The position numbers and the translations under genes were made by a program. This document shows positions 27,857 through 37,129 of a stretch of 64,000 nucleotides of DNA, in pieces. Below the pieces are notes generated by a model. It saw only the letters and a program-made list of their open reading frames with translations. It did not search any database and was not told where the DNA came from. The stretch spans positions 124,001 through 188,000 of the IMG/VR virus record IMGVR_UViG_3300044796_000657. One strand, written 5' to 3'. Position 1 is the stretch's first letter, and each line of letters starts with the position of its first letter.

Positions 27857-29044
27857 TTACTTGGCTGCGACTGCCAACGGTTCTTCGACTTCGTCAACAA
27901 CGAAAAGGGCTTCGATGGGCGACTTCAGCTTGTTGCGAGCGAGAATGCAGTCGCAAACATCACGGATGAGACGAACCTCCTTGCGGCTGATCGGTTCATC
28001 AGTGTTGGGATTGAAAAGCTCCGCTTCCTTGTCTTCCAACATGGTCGTGAGCTTGTCCGCATACTGCCGTAGCGTCTTCATCGGCATGTGTCGTTGTGCC
28101 GTACCTTCCGCATCAAGCTCCATCGCCGCCTGTTGGATTTGCTCCATGCTCGGCTTCGGCTTGGTGCCCTTCTTCCCCTTAACCTTTTTGATGTTCTTGT
28201 CAGCAGCAGCGAGGTTCTCTTCGGCTTCGTTCAACTTGGCCGCAGCTTCCGCTTGCGCTTCCGCATTGCCACTTTCGATGGCCAATTGCAGCTTGCCGTC
28301 GTAGTCGTCCCAATCCTTGAGCAACTTTGCCTGCTCTTCGATCACGGCTTGTTCTTTGGCCGTTTCTTGTTTCTTCCAACGATCTACGGCGAGCTTGAGA
28401 ATGTCCTCCACCTTCTCGGCGGGATAATTCAAGAGTTGGAGTGCTTGCGTACGGCCCAACACGCCATCCGCCATCGATTCCAGTACCTTCGGGTGGCACT
28501 TTTCGGGATTGAGCAGAGAGAACGTCTGGCTGATCCACGCTTCCGACATTCCGAGACTTTCCGCTTGTTGCTGGCGGCTCATTCCAGCGTCGTCAAGAAG
28601 TTGGCAGTTAAGCAACACTTCAAAATCGTTGAGAGGAACGTGAAGCGTATTCTCCACCACTGCCGCAATTGCCGCTGCGTTTTCGCTTTCGCAATCCGTT
28701 TCAATACAGCAGACTTTGCTGTACAATTGGGAAGCGTGCTCCATCTTGCGGGTGATGCGGTTGAAGCAAAGATCGTTTTCTTGGATCAATGCCAAGATGG
28801 AACGCAGACGACGCTCCCCGGCAATCAGCGTCGGCTTACCTTCGAGGATGCGGATTTCCAAAGGCAACTTATGCCCTTGTGTCTTAATGTTGTTACGAAG
28901 CCTTTCCATCTCGGCAGGGGTGAAGCCGGTGTTCGAGCGGCGACGAGGATTCTTGACGATATGAATCGTCTGAGGATCGATCCACAAGAAAGCTTCTCTG
29001 TGGTTCGAGTTTTCGCCTTCGGTGGCAGTAGCGTTCATAATCAA
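27857..29044 (-). CDS. ParB/Srx-family protein with HTH and coiled coil
   Basis: NPR, LIAGERRLRS, VEN and HTH QAESLGMSEAWISQ. Confidence 0.85.
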   Translation of the reverse strand: MIMNATATEGENSNHREAFLWIDPQTIHIVKNPRRRSNTGFTPAEMERLRNNIKTQGHKLPLEIRILEGKPTLIAGERRLRSILALIQENDLCFNRITRKMEHASQLYSKVCCIETDCESENAAAIAAVVENTLHVPLNDFEVLLNCQLLDDAGMSRQQQAESLGMSEAWISQTFSLLNPEKCHPKVLESMADGVLGRTQALQLLNYPAEKVEDILKLAVDRWKKQETAKEQAVIEEQAKLLKDWDDYDGKLQLAIESGNAEAQAEAAAKLNEAEENLAAADKNIKKVKGKKGTKPKPSMEQIQQAAMELDAEGTAQRHMPMKTLRQYADKLTTMLEDKEAELFNPNTDEPISRKEVRLIRDVCDCILARNKLKSPIEALFVVDEVEEPLAVAAK

Positions 29045-29067
29045 CCCCTTTACGATAGATGGGTAAG

Positions 29068-29328
29068 TTAACCGATGAAGGTTTCAGACAATTTACATCC
29101 CGGCGTTGTCCCGGCGCCAATTTTGATCGGCAGAAGCTCTCGCTTCAAATTCCAGTTTACAGCTAGTGCCTGCAATTCCGTGCGGCTTTTGTCTTCAAGG
29201 GGCTTGGTCGTTGGAAACACAACCCCGTTACAGTTACAGCACTTCATTGTTGAATCACTTTCGTGATAAAACCCAACAGTCAGCACTGATTTTTTACACT
29301 TCGGGCAAACGATGTCTTTCATTGCCAC
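29068..29328 (-). CDS. Zn-ribbon protein
   Basis: CPKC...CCNC. Confidence 0.6.
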   Translation of the reverse strand: MAMKDIVCPKCKKSVLTVGFYHESDSTMKCCNCNGVVFPTTKPLEDKSRTELQALAVNWNLKRELLPIKIGAGTTPGCKLSETFIG

Positions 29329-29946
29329 TTATGATCTCCGCAAAGATTCTTTGGATTCACTCAAATTAACAAATTTGCTCGCAGCCAAAATCAAATTACG
29401 AGAAGCAAACTCCGGAAAGAAAGCAACTTCGACCGGCGTGAAGTGGTGGCTTTGAGCCTCCAAAATCACTTCACGATAATCTTGATCGCCAGCTACCAAA
29501 ACCACGGTGTCATTCGTTCGTGAATTAAGTAACCTTTCCATATCTTTGATAATGGCAGCATCCAAGCCCTTTTCCTTCATCGTACCATCGGCTCTGGATG
29601 TTTGAGTCAGTTCCTTGAGCCAAAAACCTTGCTGTCTAAGCCAGTTGTAAAACCCGTCACGACTATACCGCTTAGCCGCTTCTTCGTGAGTCATATTGCC
29701 CCTCGGATCAATATCCGAATAGTAAATACGACATTGGCGAATTTGACGACCATTCGCCAAGTGCTTCGCCAGCTTGTTGTAACAGATTTGGTAGTTCGGG
29801 TCAATTTTCCGAATCGTTAACCCCAAATTGGTGTTATCGATGAAAATCGTTACCTTTTGTGATTCCGACGCAACTGTCTCCAAGCGACTAGCCACTTGGG
29901 CTAATTGTTGAGATATTTGCTCGGTGGATAGCATGTTTTGATCCAT
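29329..29946 (-). CDS. NYN domain (LabA/DUF88-like) protein
   Basis: IFIDNTN, KEKGLD and LVAGDQDY. Confidence 0.88.
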   Translation of the reverse strand: MDQNMLSTEQISQQLAQVASRLETVASESQKVTIFIDNTNLGLTIRKIDPNYQICYNKLAKHLANGRQIRQCRIYYSDIDPRGNMTHEEAAKRYSRDGFYNWLRQQGFWLKELTQTSRADGTMKEKGLDAAIIKDMERLLNSRTNDTVVLVAGDQDYREVILEAQSHHFTPVEVAFFPEFASRNLILAASKFVNLSESKESLRRS

Positions 29947-30017
29947 TAATTAGCTTCCTCAGTCATGTTCCCTATATTACCAAGATCGCAGTACTAGAAT
30001 CAATCCCATTTTTACGA

Positions 30018-30045
30018 ACAAACCCGCCAAATTTGGCGGGTTTGT
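30018..30045. terminator. terminator hairpin
   Basis: acaaacccgccaaa/tttggcgggtttgt palindrome after csrA. Confidence 0.65.
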
Positions 30046-30050
30046 ATTTA

Positions 30051-30278
30051 CTAAATTGCTAGTTCCAAAGGTAAAGCAGACTCATCATTGTGTACAACTT
30101 CCCCAACTTTCTCTAGCAATTCCTCTCGGAAGATGGGATACTTTTTCGGTGCCTCAATACCCAATCGTACAAGTTTACCTGTACCAACCACTTGAATCTT
30201 GATAGTCTCTTCCGTTCCATCATCATTTTTGACTTTAATAAAAATGGATTCTTTATTCTTGCGTGTTAAAACCAACAT
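30051..30278 (-). CDS. csrA: carbon storage regulator CsrA
   Basis: MLVLTRK..ESI and VRLGIEAPK..PIFREEL. Confidence 0.93.
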   Translation of the reverse strand: MLVLTRKNKESIFIKVKNDDGTEETIKIQVVGTGKLVRLGIEAPKKYPIFREELLEKVGEVVHNDESALPLELAI

Positions 30279-30306
30279 AAGCAAATCCTTTATGTAGATG
30301 GGATTG

Positions 30307-30645
30307 TTATCCCTTTTCAGAGTAAATCATTCGCATTGGCTGATCCCAAGGATCATCGTTACGAACGAGCTTTAAGACACCCCCGGATTGAAACGCAACA
30401 CATTTAACACCATCAGCCTTAGAAGTGATCCAGCATCGCCCTCGCTTGCTGTGTTCAAAAATAACGCCTTCTGATAATGTGCGGAGCTCTTCCACAGTGT
30501 AAATGCGGAATTCTTGAGTTTCTTTAGACATGAAACCACCAAGAGCTTCCTTGATGACTTCTTGTTTTTCTTCATCTGACCCAAAGTAGGCAATGTCGTA
30601 CACCGAAGTCATCAATTGCCGAATTTTCGGAATGGACAAATCCAT
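30307..30645 (-). CDS. hypothetical protein, paralogue family A
   Basis: RIYTVEEL..FEHSKRGRCWI...DPWDQP. Confidence 0.7.
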   Translation of the reverse strand: MDLSIPKIRQLMTSVYDIAYFGSDEEKQEVIKEALGGFMSKETQEFRIYTVEELRTLSEGVIFEHSKRGRCWITSKADGVKCVAFQSGGVLKLVRNDDPWDQPMRMIYSEKG

Positions 30646-30688
30646 ATCATAACCCCTTTGAGACAGTCACCATTATGTCAAATTATTT

Positions 30689-31216
30689 CTACGGTTTCCA
30701 GATCGTTTCTTTTCCACCATAAGCAAACAGCTCATGACGGGCCAAAACGAAAAAGAAATCCGACAAACGATTTAGATAAGTAACGAGCAGTGGGTTGCTA
30801 ATGGCACCAGCACTTAGGGACGCCACAACATACCGCTCAGCTCGCCTACAAACAGCACGGCAAAAATGTATCCATGCTGCAGCCGCTGAACCGCCCGGCA
30901 AAACAAAGTTAGTTAACGGCGGCAAATCATTCGTCAGCGTATCAATTTGTTTTTCTATCGCCTCAATGTCTTGATTGATAGATTCGTATCTGGATTTTGA
31001 CAAGCACAACTCGGCACCCAAAGCCAACAGTTGACCTTGTACAACTTCCAAGAAACGCTTATCAACTTTGTGCTGAGCAACAGCATAGCCAATCGCAGCA
31101 TTCAATTCATCTACTGTACCCAAAGCGTCAATCAAAACATGATCTTTGGGTAGTTGAGCACCATTACCTAATTTGGTTGCGCCCTTATCGCCTTGTTTGG
31201 TGTATATCTTACTCAT
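30689..31216 (-). CDS. PduO-type ATP:cob(I)alamin adenosyltransferase
   Basis: KIYTKQGDKG, GTVDELN, CRRAER and YLNRLSD. Confidence 0.95.
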   Translation of the reverse strand: MSKIYTKQGDKGATKLGNGAQLPKDHVLIDALGTVDELNAAIGYAVAQHKVDKRFLEVVQGQLLALGAELCLSKSRYESINQDIEAIEKQIDTLTNDLPPLTNFVLPGGSAAAAWIHFCRAVCRRAERYVVASLSAGAISNPLLVTYLNRLSDFFFVLARHELFAYGGKETIWKP

Positions 31217-31496
31217 AAATTGAAGCCGCCGTAACCACTTGTGTAGCTGTTATAAAAAGACTGCCGTTTTGAGTAGGCGGAAAATGTAAGAGCAAAGCCC
31301 AAACATTCACCAATCCATTAACGGCAACAATGTCCGTTTCAAGAATGGCATCAACCAAAGGTCTGTTCGGTACCATCGAAGCTGGTAATGCTAGTTCCGC
31401 CCACTTCAACAAAGCTTCTGGAACAGAAACGGCATTGACTTGTCGTGCAACCGATGAGCTATTGAACGTAAAGACGATAGTATAAACGGTCATCAA
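31209..31496 (-). CDS. hypothetical protein
   Basis: 95 aa ORF. Confidence 0.55.
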   Translation of the reverse strand: MMTVYTIVFTFNSSSVARQVNAVSVPEALLKWAELALPASMVPNRPLVDAILETDIVAVNGLVNVWALLLHFPPTQNGSLFITATQVVTAASIYE

Positions 31497-31502
31497 TTCC
31501 CC

Positions 31503-31832
31503 TTAAAGTAATTGGACCGTTTGATCCCAAGGCCAACCGCTCTCAATAAATTCCATCTTGAACCCACGAAAAGCAACATGCTTTTCACCATTCTTGGAAC
31601 CCACAACGCCAGCGCCGAAAAGCGAGTGGAAAATACGAGTACCACCACTTAACTTTGACCACTCTTCTGCTTTCAAAATCACCCAAGGTTTTTCTTGTTT
31701 TTTCTGAAAGCTAATCAGAAGTTCTTCAATGGTCTGATCTTTCAAGGCATACGGACTCTCTTGAGCGGCCTTCCAAGTCGCCATCAACAAATCCGTTAGT
31801 TCTTGTTCGGAAACAGTCATATGCATCCCCAA
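31503..31832 (-). CDS. hypothetical protein, paralogue family A
   Basis: IFHSLFGAG...WPWDQ. Confidence 0.65.
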   Translation of the reverse strand: MGMHMTVSEQELTDLLMATWKAAQESPYALKDQTIEELLISFQKKQEKPWVILKAEEWSKLSGGTRIFHSLFGAGVVGSKNGEKHVAFRGFKMEFIESGWPWDQTVQLL

Positions 31833-31867
31833 GACGAGAGGGTAAATTGCCCTCTCGTATGTTAAGG

Positions 31868-33025
31868 TTAGTATCCAGCGGGTTTGTCATGGCGACCAAC
31901 GAACAGAACGGCACCGGTTGGGCGATGCGTAATCACGTACATGAACGGACGATCTGCGATGAACCGGCGTGGGACTTCGGGCCGCATCATTGCCGAACAC
32001 TTCATCATCACCACTGCCGTAGCCGCCGCTGCTTCGGTACCCTTTTCCGTGGTATCGATGACTGCCTTGTGAACAGCCTTACTGACTTTGATGGACGGAG
32101 CCATCGAATTTTCCGGATACGCACCACGGAAATTGGCTTCATCCGTGAATACGATCTCCATACCCAAAGCCGAAAGGGATTCTTTCAAGTCCAAATCGGA
32201 TTCGATCTTGAACTTTGGAAGCATCAAAACAGTATCACCAGAGCGGGTAGAAGCAGTTAACTTCTGCAGTAATTCACTACTCATGTTCGCTTCGATATCG
32301 GCCAGACCATCTTGTTTTGTCGGCAGAATGACGTTAAGAACCGTATCCCCCGCATAGGGAATTTCGATCATCTGAAGATCGTCGGTCTTTGCCAACATGT
32401 AATCGCCTTGGCGTACCATCATCTGACATTCGGATTGTTGGCCGTCAGAGAGATTGAACGGTTGCTTGCGAGTTAGCCCTTCGTTGAACTTTTCTTTGAA
32501 AGTGGCGAAGAAATAGATCGCCGACACCAAAGCCATCACGGTGTCTTTGTTAAACATTTCCGGCTTGACCAAATCCTTGATCAGCGGCTCACCCTTTTCA
32601 GAAAGAGTTTGCTTGCCAACCCATTCATTGATTTCATCAGAAACTTCTTTGGACTTCGTGAAATCCGCCGAAGCCAAATTGGCACCGCTGCCTTCTTTGA
32701 GCGTCTTTTCAAACGCTTCACTGAAAGGGTAACCGTCCGATTTCCATACGGCATTGGCAGTCTTGATCGTAGCGCCGGTATCTTTGGCGAGCAAGGCGTT
32801 AATTTTTTGGATGCTCGCCAAAGTCGTAGAACACGAATTCGGAAAATTCATCGTGCTTCGCATCGATGCGGCTGTGTCCGATCTTGCCGCTGCATAAAGC
32901 ATAGCGAAACAGTCGGAGATGTTTTTGGGGGAACAAATCAAATTCCCCTTCTCCTTAACCGACAATCCCCGATAGAGATTGAAAGTGAAATCATTGATGC
33001 CAGTAATAAACTCGGTGATCTTCAT
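31868..33025 (-). CDS. serpin (serine protease inhibitor)
   Basis: NLICSP, INEWV, AIYF, LPKFKI, EKGTEAAAAT hinge and FIADRPF. Confidence 0.96.
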   Translation of the reverse strand: MKITEFITGINDFTFNLYRGLSVKEKGNLICSPKNISDCFAMLYAAARSDTAASMRSTMNFPNSCSTTLASIQKINALLAKDTGATIKTANAVWKSDGYPFSEAFEKTLKEGSGANLASADFTKSKEVSDEINEWVGKQTLSEKGEPLIKDLVKPEMFNKDTVMALVSAIYFFATFKEKFNEGLTRKQPFNLSDGQQSECQMMVRQGDYMLAKTDDLQMIEIPYAGDTVLNVILPTKQDGLADIEANMSSELLQKLTASTRSGDTVLMLPKFKIESDLDLKESLSALGMEIVFTDEANFRGAYPENSMAPSIKVSKAVHKAVIDTTEKGTEAAAATAVVMMKCSAMMRPEVPRRFIADRPFMYVITHRPTGAVLFVGRHDKPAGY

Positions 33026-33069
33026 ACAAATCCTTGTGTGAGTTATCGTTTGAGACGCTTGAGGGTTGA

Positions 33070-33948
33070 TTATTCCTTAACCATTTTGGCAGCGGCGGCA
33101 GCGGCAGCATCCTTCGCCTTAGTAGCAGCCTCAGACGCTTCGGCGGCTTTCGCAGCGGCAACAGTAGCCTTTTCAGCAGCTTCGGAAGCGAGCTTTGCTT
33201 CGGCTTCAGCTTTCTTCGCAGCCAAAGCAGCGGCCTTAGCGGTTTGTTCCGCTTCCAACTCTTCCGGCGTTCTCGGTTTGACCTTAACCAAAGTTTGCAG
33301 AACGTCTTTCTCGGACTTCCCGCTGAATTGGTTATACCAACCCGAAAAATTGGTTCGCTTCTTTAACTTGCTGCCGGTTCTGCCTTTCAAGAATTGCTCG
33401 ATGGCAGGCTTGGTAGCAGAGGTGTAGTATTGGCTGTAGAGAGCTTTGTCAAACCCGGCAGCAGTGCGGTCGGTGTACATCTGGCCGCAACGAAGCAATG
33501 CGCTCAACAGAGAACGACGCAGACGATATGCCCACCAGTCACTCATCTTAACATAGAGGCAGTTCGCATCGTTGGTCTTGTGGAATTCCACTTGATCTTT
33601 TGGTTCCAACTTAACGACCTTCTCCACCGTGCGGACGAAGTCGATCACATGGTCGACTGTACCGTTGTTGAAGAAAAACAAAAAGTCCCTGATCCCATTA
33701 CCTTCGGTTTGGGATTGGAACCGGTCACGGCATCCTTCCCACGTCACCGAGGAAATTTTCGTCCGGTTTTTGTCGGCATCCAAAGTACCTTGGATGATAC
33801 CGAAAGAACCAAACATGTTCCGATAGGCAAAAGCCGGAACGGTCATCACAGGCAAAGCCGGTGGTGCCTCAACGCTCATGACCTTATCATCGGTCACGAC
33901 CTTAACTTCCTTGGCTTTCTTTTCTTTTTTGGGCTTCGTCGTTGACAT
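33070..33948 (-). CDS. hypothetical protein with Ala/Lys-rich tail, paralogue family B
   Basis: true start MSTTKP after GGAG; CRDRF and DWW..LRRSLL shared with 47954. Confidence 0.75.
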   Translation of the reverse strand: MSTTKPKKEKKAKEVKVVTDDKVMSVEAPPALPVMTVPAFAYRNMFGSFGIIQGTLDADKNRTKISSVTWEGCRDRFQSQTEGNGIRDFLFFFNNGTVDHVIDFVRTVEKVVKLEPKDQVEFHKTNDANCLYVKMSDWWAYRLRRSLLSALLRCGQMYTDRTAAGFDKALYSQYYTSATKPAIEQFLKGRTGSKLKKRTNFSGWYNQFSGKSEKDVLQTLVKVKPRTPEELEAEQTAKAAALAAKKAEAEAKLASEAAEKATVAAAKAAEASEAATKAKDAAAAAAAKMVKE

Positions 33949-33972
33949 GATCAGTTCTCCGTTAATGATTAG

Positions 33973-34056
33973 TAGCCGAGACGGGGGTCGAACCCGTATG
34001 CTTTTTAGGGCGAGGGATTTTAAGTCCCTTGTGTCTGCCAATTCCACCACCCGGCC
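33973..34056 (-). tRNA. trnL: tRNA-Leu(UAA), CCA not encoded
   Basis: cloverleaf GGCCGGG/CTCGGCT, D-loop GG, AGGGA-CTTAAAA-TCCCT, long variable arm, ACGGG-TTCGACC-CCCGT. Confidence 0.95.
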
Positions 34057-34071
34057 ATTAAAAAATCAAGA

Positions 34072-34605
34072 TCATCCGCCCCATCCATATCCGTATCCAT
34101 AATACTCTTCATCGTAAACTCTGGTCAGTCCAGCTTGGGCCGCACCATCGGCCAAATTCCGAAACCGAAGTTCTTCAATTTTTACAGGATGACGATGGGG
34201 GAACACTAATTCATAACATAAAGACAAGAAGTATTCAAAGTCATCTTGCTTCTTAGTCGTCAAGATCGGGCCAACTGGTGGTACGATTGTATAAGCATGA
34301 AAGTACCAATCATTGCCGCCTTGATATTCACGATAGCAAACACTTAAAGGCAAAAGGTTTGGAATTTGAATGACGAAATCGTGAGACTTAATTTGGTAAA
34401 GTTTGCCTGCCTCATACCAAATTGGCGGAACCGACCAATCAGTATATCGCCATAAGGCTTCCGGAATATCGTACTTGGCTTCACCTAATAGATTTCTCCA
34501 TTTGCGGTGAAATAGCCTGTTGCGATAACTGTCGGAGTCATATGTCACTATTTTGCGAGCGTAGCCCTTAGTAATAAGTGCTTCCACTTCTGACGGCAAT
34601 TTCAT
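34072..34605 (-). CDS. hypothetical protein
   Basis: 177 aa ORF. Confidence 0.7.
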   Translation of the reverse strand: MKLPSEVEALITKGYARKIVTYDSDSYRNRLFHRKWRNLLGEAKYDIPEALWRYTDWSVPPIWYEAGKLYQIKSHDFVIQIPNLLPLSVCYREYQGGNDWYFHAYTIVPPVGPILTTKKQDDFEYFLSLCYELVFPHRHPVKIEELRFRNLADGAAQAGLTRVYDEEYYGYGYGWGG

Positions 34606-34608
34606 GAT

Positions 34609-35247
34609 TTACAAACTCCATTTGCCTAAATAGAAGTAGGTGCTTTGTCCAATGTCTTCGTAAAACACTTTACCACTGAAGCCAATATCGAAATTACCAA
34701 ACTTGATCTTGGGCGACAATTCCCAAACTGTCCCCAACAAAACAATCTTCTTGTTCTTTTCGTCCAATAGAACCGTATAGGTATTAAACAACAAATGCTC
34801 TTTGGTTTCCAGTACTCTTAGCATCAATTCAGGATGCGGGGGAAGTATGTCACCTAGAAAAAGATGCTTAATTTCCCAAACTATCGTGTGTTCCAATGGT
34901 GGCCACGCAATTAACTTTCGCTTGCGTAAACGATAAGTTGAATTAGTTTGCTCCCAAGCAACAAACATTTTAGTGTGATGGTTGTAAATCGCTTCAGGGC
35001 GAGTTGCTTTTTCTGAAAGACAGAAATTGTGTTCGCTTTCACACATCTGCCTCAAGGCATCAGTAATCTTAATTTCAAACAACCCCATTTCCAATAACTG
35101 TCTTCGACGATAATCGAAAAGTACAGCAGCACGTTCCTTTACTTCTTGAACCAAGACTTCCGAACAAGGGGGTACGTAAAGAGGCTCAGAGAAAACGTGA
35201 GCCAACAACCGATCCATTTCGGCGAACTTGACCACGACCATCTCCAA
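34609..35247 (-). CDS. hypothetical protein
   Basis: 212 aa ORF. Confidence 0.7.
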   Translation of the reverse strand: MEMVVVKFAEMDRLLAHVFSEPLYVPPCSEVLVQEVKERAAVLFDYRRRQLLEMGLFEIKITDALRQMCESEHNFCLSEKATRPEAIYNHHTKMFVAWEQTNSTYRLRKRKLIAWPPLEHTIVWEIKHLFLGDILPPHPELMLRVLETKEHLLFNTYTVLLDEKNKKIVLLGTVWELSPKIKFGNFDIGFSGKVFYEDIGQSTYFYLGKWSL

Positions 35248-35253
35248 AATGGA

Positions 35254-35910
35254 TCACTTGATGGATATTGGCCATGAGATTTCGCCCATTGCCTGAAAGA
35301 CGAAATAAAACGGTAACGCTTTGGCAGAAACCTTCTTGCCTGAATATAAGAACAAATGTCTCAATTCATCCAAACTAACCAACAGCGTATGAATTTCTTC
35401 GGTTTCTTCATTCCCCTCATCGCTCGGCGTACCAACACATTCGCAAACAACGTATTGTACCGACTCATCTGATAGACCTGCCGATGAAATAACAGGTGGA
35501 CTAACAAATAAGATTTTAATCAAATCCAGACCGGCCTCTTCCTTTAATTCCCGTTTCGCCGCTTCTGCTGCAGACTCACTACTATCAAACAAACCAGCCG
35601 GGACTCCAACTTCGTAATCACCCAACGGATAACGAAACTCTTTCGTCACAACCAATTTGTTAACTGTTTGATTGAGAATAACTTCGCCATTCTCATCTTT
35701 CACTTCACCTTTGTGAATAGCAATGATAACAACAGCATCGGCAACAAGAGGATGTTCGCCAACCTTGGGGTTTTTTTTGCGACTTGCGAAAGTCCAGCTA
35801 CCGGCCCTACCTTCGGGCGTAACATATTCGGCTTCAAAAAGATTAAGCCACTTGGAATTGCTTGTTTGGCGAACGCCGGTCATTTTATTCACGGTAATGG
35901 CTCTCAGCAA
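35254..35910 (-). CDS. Nudix hydrolase (ADP-ribose pyrophosphatase-like)
   Basis: EFRYP, PAGL..ESAAEAAKRELKEEAG and SAGLSDE. Confidence 0.92.
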   Translation of the reverse strand: MLRAITVNKMTGVRQTSNSKWLNLFEAEYVTPEGRAGSWTFASRKKNPKVGEHPLVADAVVIIAIHKGEVKDENGEVILNQTVNKLVVTKEFRYPLGDYEVGVPAGLFDSSESAAEAAKRELKEEAGLDLIKILFVSPPVISSAGLSDESVQYVVCECVGTPSDEGNEETEEIHTLLVSLDELRHLFLYSGKKVSAKALPFYFVFQAMGEISWPISIK

Positions 35911-35943
35911 GGATATATAATACTGGCTCTAGCAGGAGGACTT

Positions 35944-36198
35944 ATGCCAGACATTCCAAATATTAAGTGCGAAATCGTAAACGAAGACGTTCGCTATTTG
36001 CGGGATCATTGTCCGCCAACAGCCACTTCGGTAAGTGGCACCGGGCCGGGCAGCGTATGTCGTTGCGACTGCCCGCCACCAACACCACCCGAACCACCGA
36101 AACCACCACCACCGAAACACTGTGTCAAACGTGTAGTAGTTAACAATCTTACTAGATACACGGCACGCACCAACAACACTCATATTAGAGTTTGTTGA
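35944..36198 (+). CDS. small Cys/Pro-rich protein
   Basis: AGGAGG SD before ATG 35944; CRCDCPPPTPPEPPKPPPP. Confidence 0.65.
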   Translation: MPDIPNIKCEIVNEDVRYLRDHCPPTATSVSGTGPGSVCRCDCPPPTPPEPPKPPPPKHCVKRVVVNNLTRYTARTNNTHIRVC

Positions 36199-36296
36199 AA
36201 AGGGCTGCAGCAAAAATACCGATGGCAAAGAAACACAATGCCACAACTATCAAACCCTTCAGGATATACCATCCCGAAGGGTAATTAGGTTCCATC

Positions 36297-36797
36297 ATGA
36301 CACTCTCCGAAAGCTCACTAGGTCATCTTTTTCAATCTGCCGTTAATGCTTTTCCGCATACAACGATGAGACAACATGCCACCGGGCCAATCCAAATCGA
36401 TGAAATCAGAAATACACCTTTTTTGGGAATGCGTACTCTGCTTTTTCGATGCCGGGCAACAAACGAAAACAGAGTATACCATCCCGTGATACTGTTCCGC
36501 AATGTCAATTTTAACGGCAATGGCACAAGTATAGTTGCTTCAGATAATCATCAAACCTACAACTTCGATCCACTCTCAGAACAGCACACAGATGCCAGAG
36601 TACGATGCCAATGCGGCGATCATTTTTGGCGTGCCCAATATGCCAATTGGCTAGACATTTCATTGTACGGAACGAATAGGAAGCCGTACGAAAGTCTAGG
36701 AGTCGGGCCACCCGCCAATCCCACCGATGCCCCAATGCTCTGTAAACACCTGATGAAATTCATGGAAGAACTCAGAAATAGTGGCATTATTAACTAA
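36297..36797 (+). CDS. SWIM-type Zn-finger phage protein
   Basis: RCQCGD...LCKHL. Confidence 0.75.
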   Translation: MTLSESSLGHLFQSAVNAFPHTTMRQHATGPIQIDEIRNTPFLGMRTLLFRCRATNENRVYHPVILFRNVNFNGNGTSIVASDNHQTYNFDPLSEQHTDARVRCQCGDHFWRAQYANWLDISLYGTNRKPYESLGVGPPANPTDAPMLCKHLMKFMEELRNSGIIN

Positions 36798-36823
36798 AAA
36801 AGCCCGGCTTGGCCGGGCTTTTT
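36796..36823. terminator. bidirectional terminator, GCCCGGC family
   Basis: aaaaaagcccggc-ttg-gccgggcttttt between convergent genes. Confidence 0.85.
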
Positions 36824-36827
36824 CGTT

Positions 36828-37127
36828 TTAGCAACCAATACAATCTTTTCGCCGAAGACGTTTGATATGACCAATCGGCGTGGTAATTGACGGAGTCGTC
36901 GGTTCAAGGGCACCTAAACCGTACTTGACCGGTTTGTATTCCAACATTTGTTGGACTCGCTCTTTGGACATTCCCATCGCACATTCGGCGACAATTCTTA
37001 CCACTGATGCTGTGCCCAAACTTTTCTGAACAGCATCCGGCGCTGCTAAAATCATTCCCAAAACACCGGGAAGGTTATTGCTTTGAACACCAGCATCTTC
37101 AAACAGTTTTTTCGCAGTCGCATCCAT
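36828..37127 (-). CDS. hypothetical protein
   Basis: 99 aa ORF. Confidence 0.6.
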   Translation of the reverse strand: MDATAKKLFEDAGVQSNNLPGVLGMILAAPDAVQKSLGTASVVRIVAECAMGMSKERVQQMLEYKPVKYGLGALEPTTPSITTPIGHIKRLRRKDCIGC

Positions 37128-37129
37128 AG

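Noticed and set aside
28088-29071. 327-aa plus-strand ORF (also 32609-33427, 33394-33945, 46817-47308, 5172-5816)
   Set aside because: Antisense shadows of codon-biased real genes, with no motifs or SD.
33949-34050. N-terminal extension of ORF 33070-34050
   Set aside because: It overlaps tRNA-Leu; the real start is ATG 33948 with an SD.
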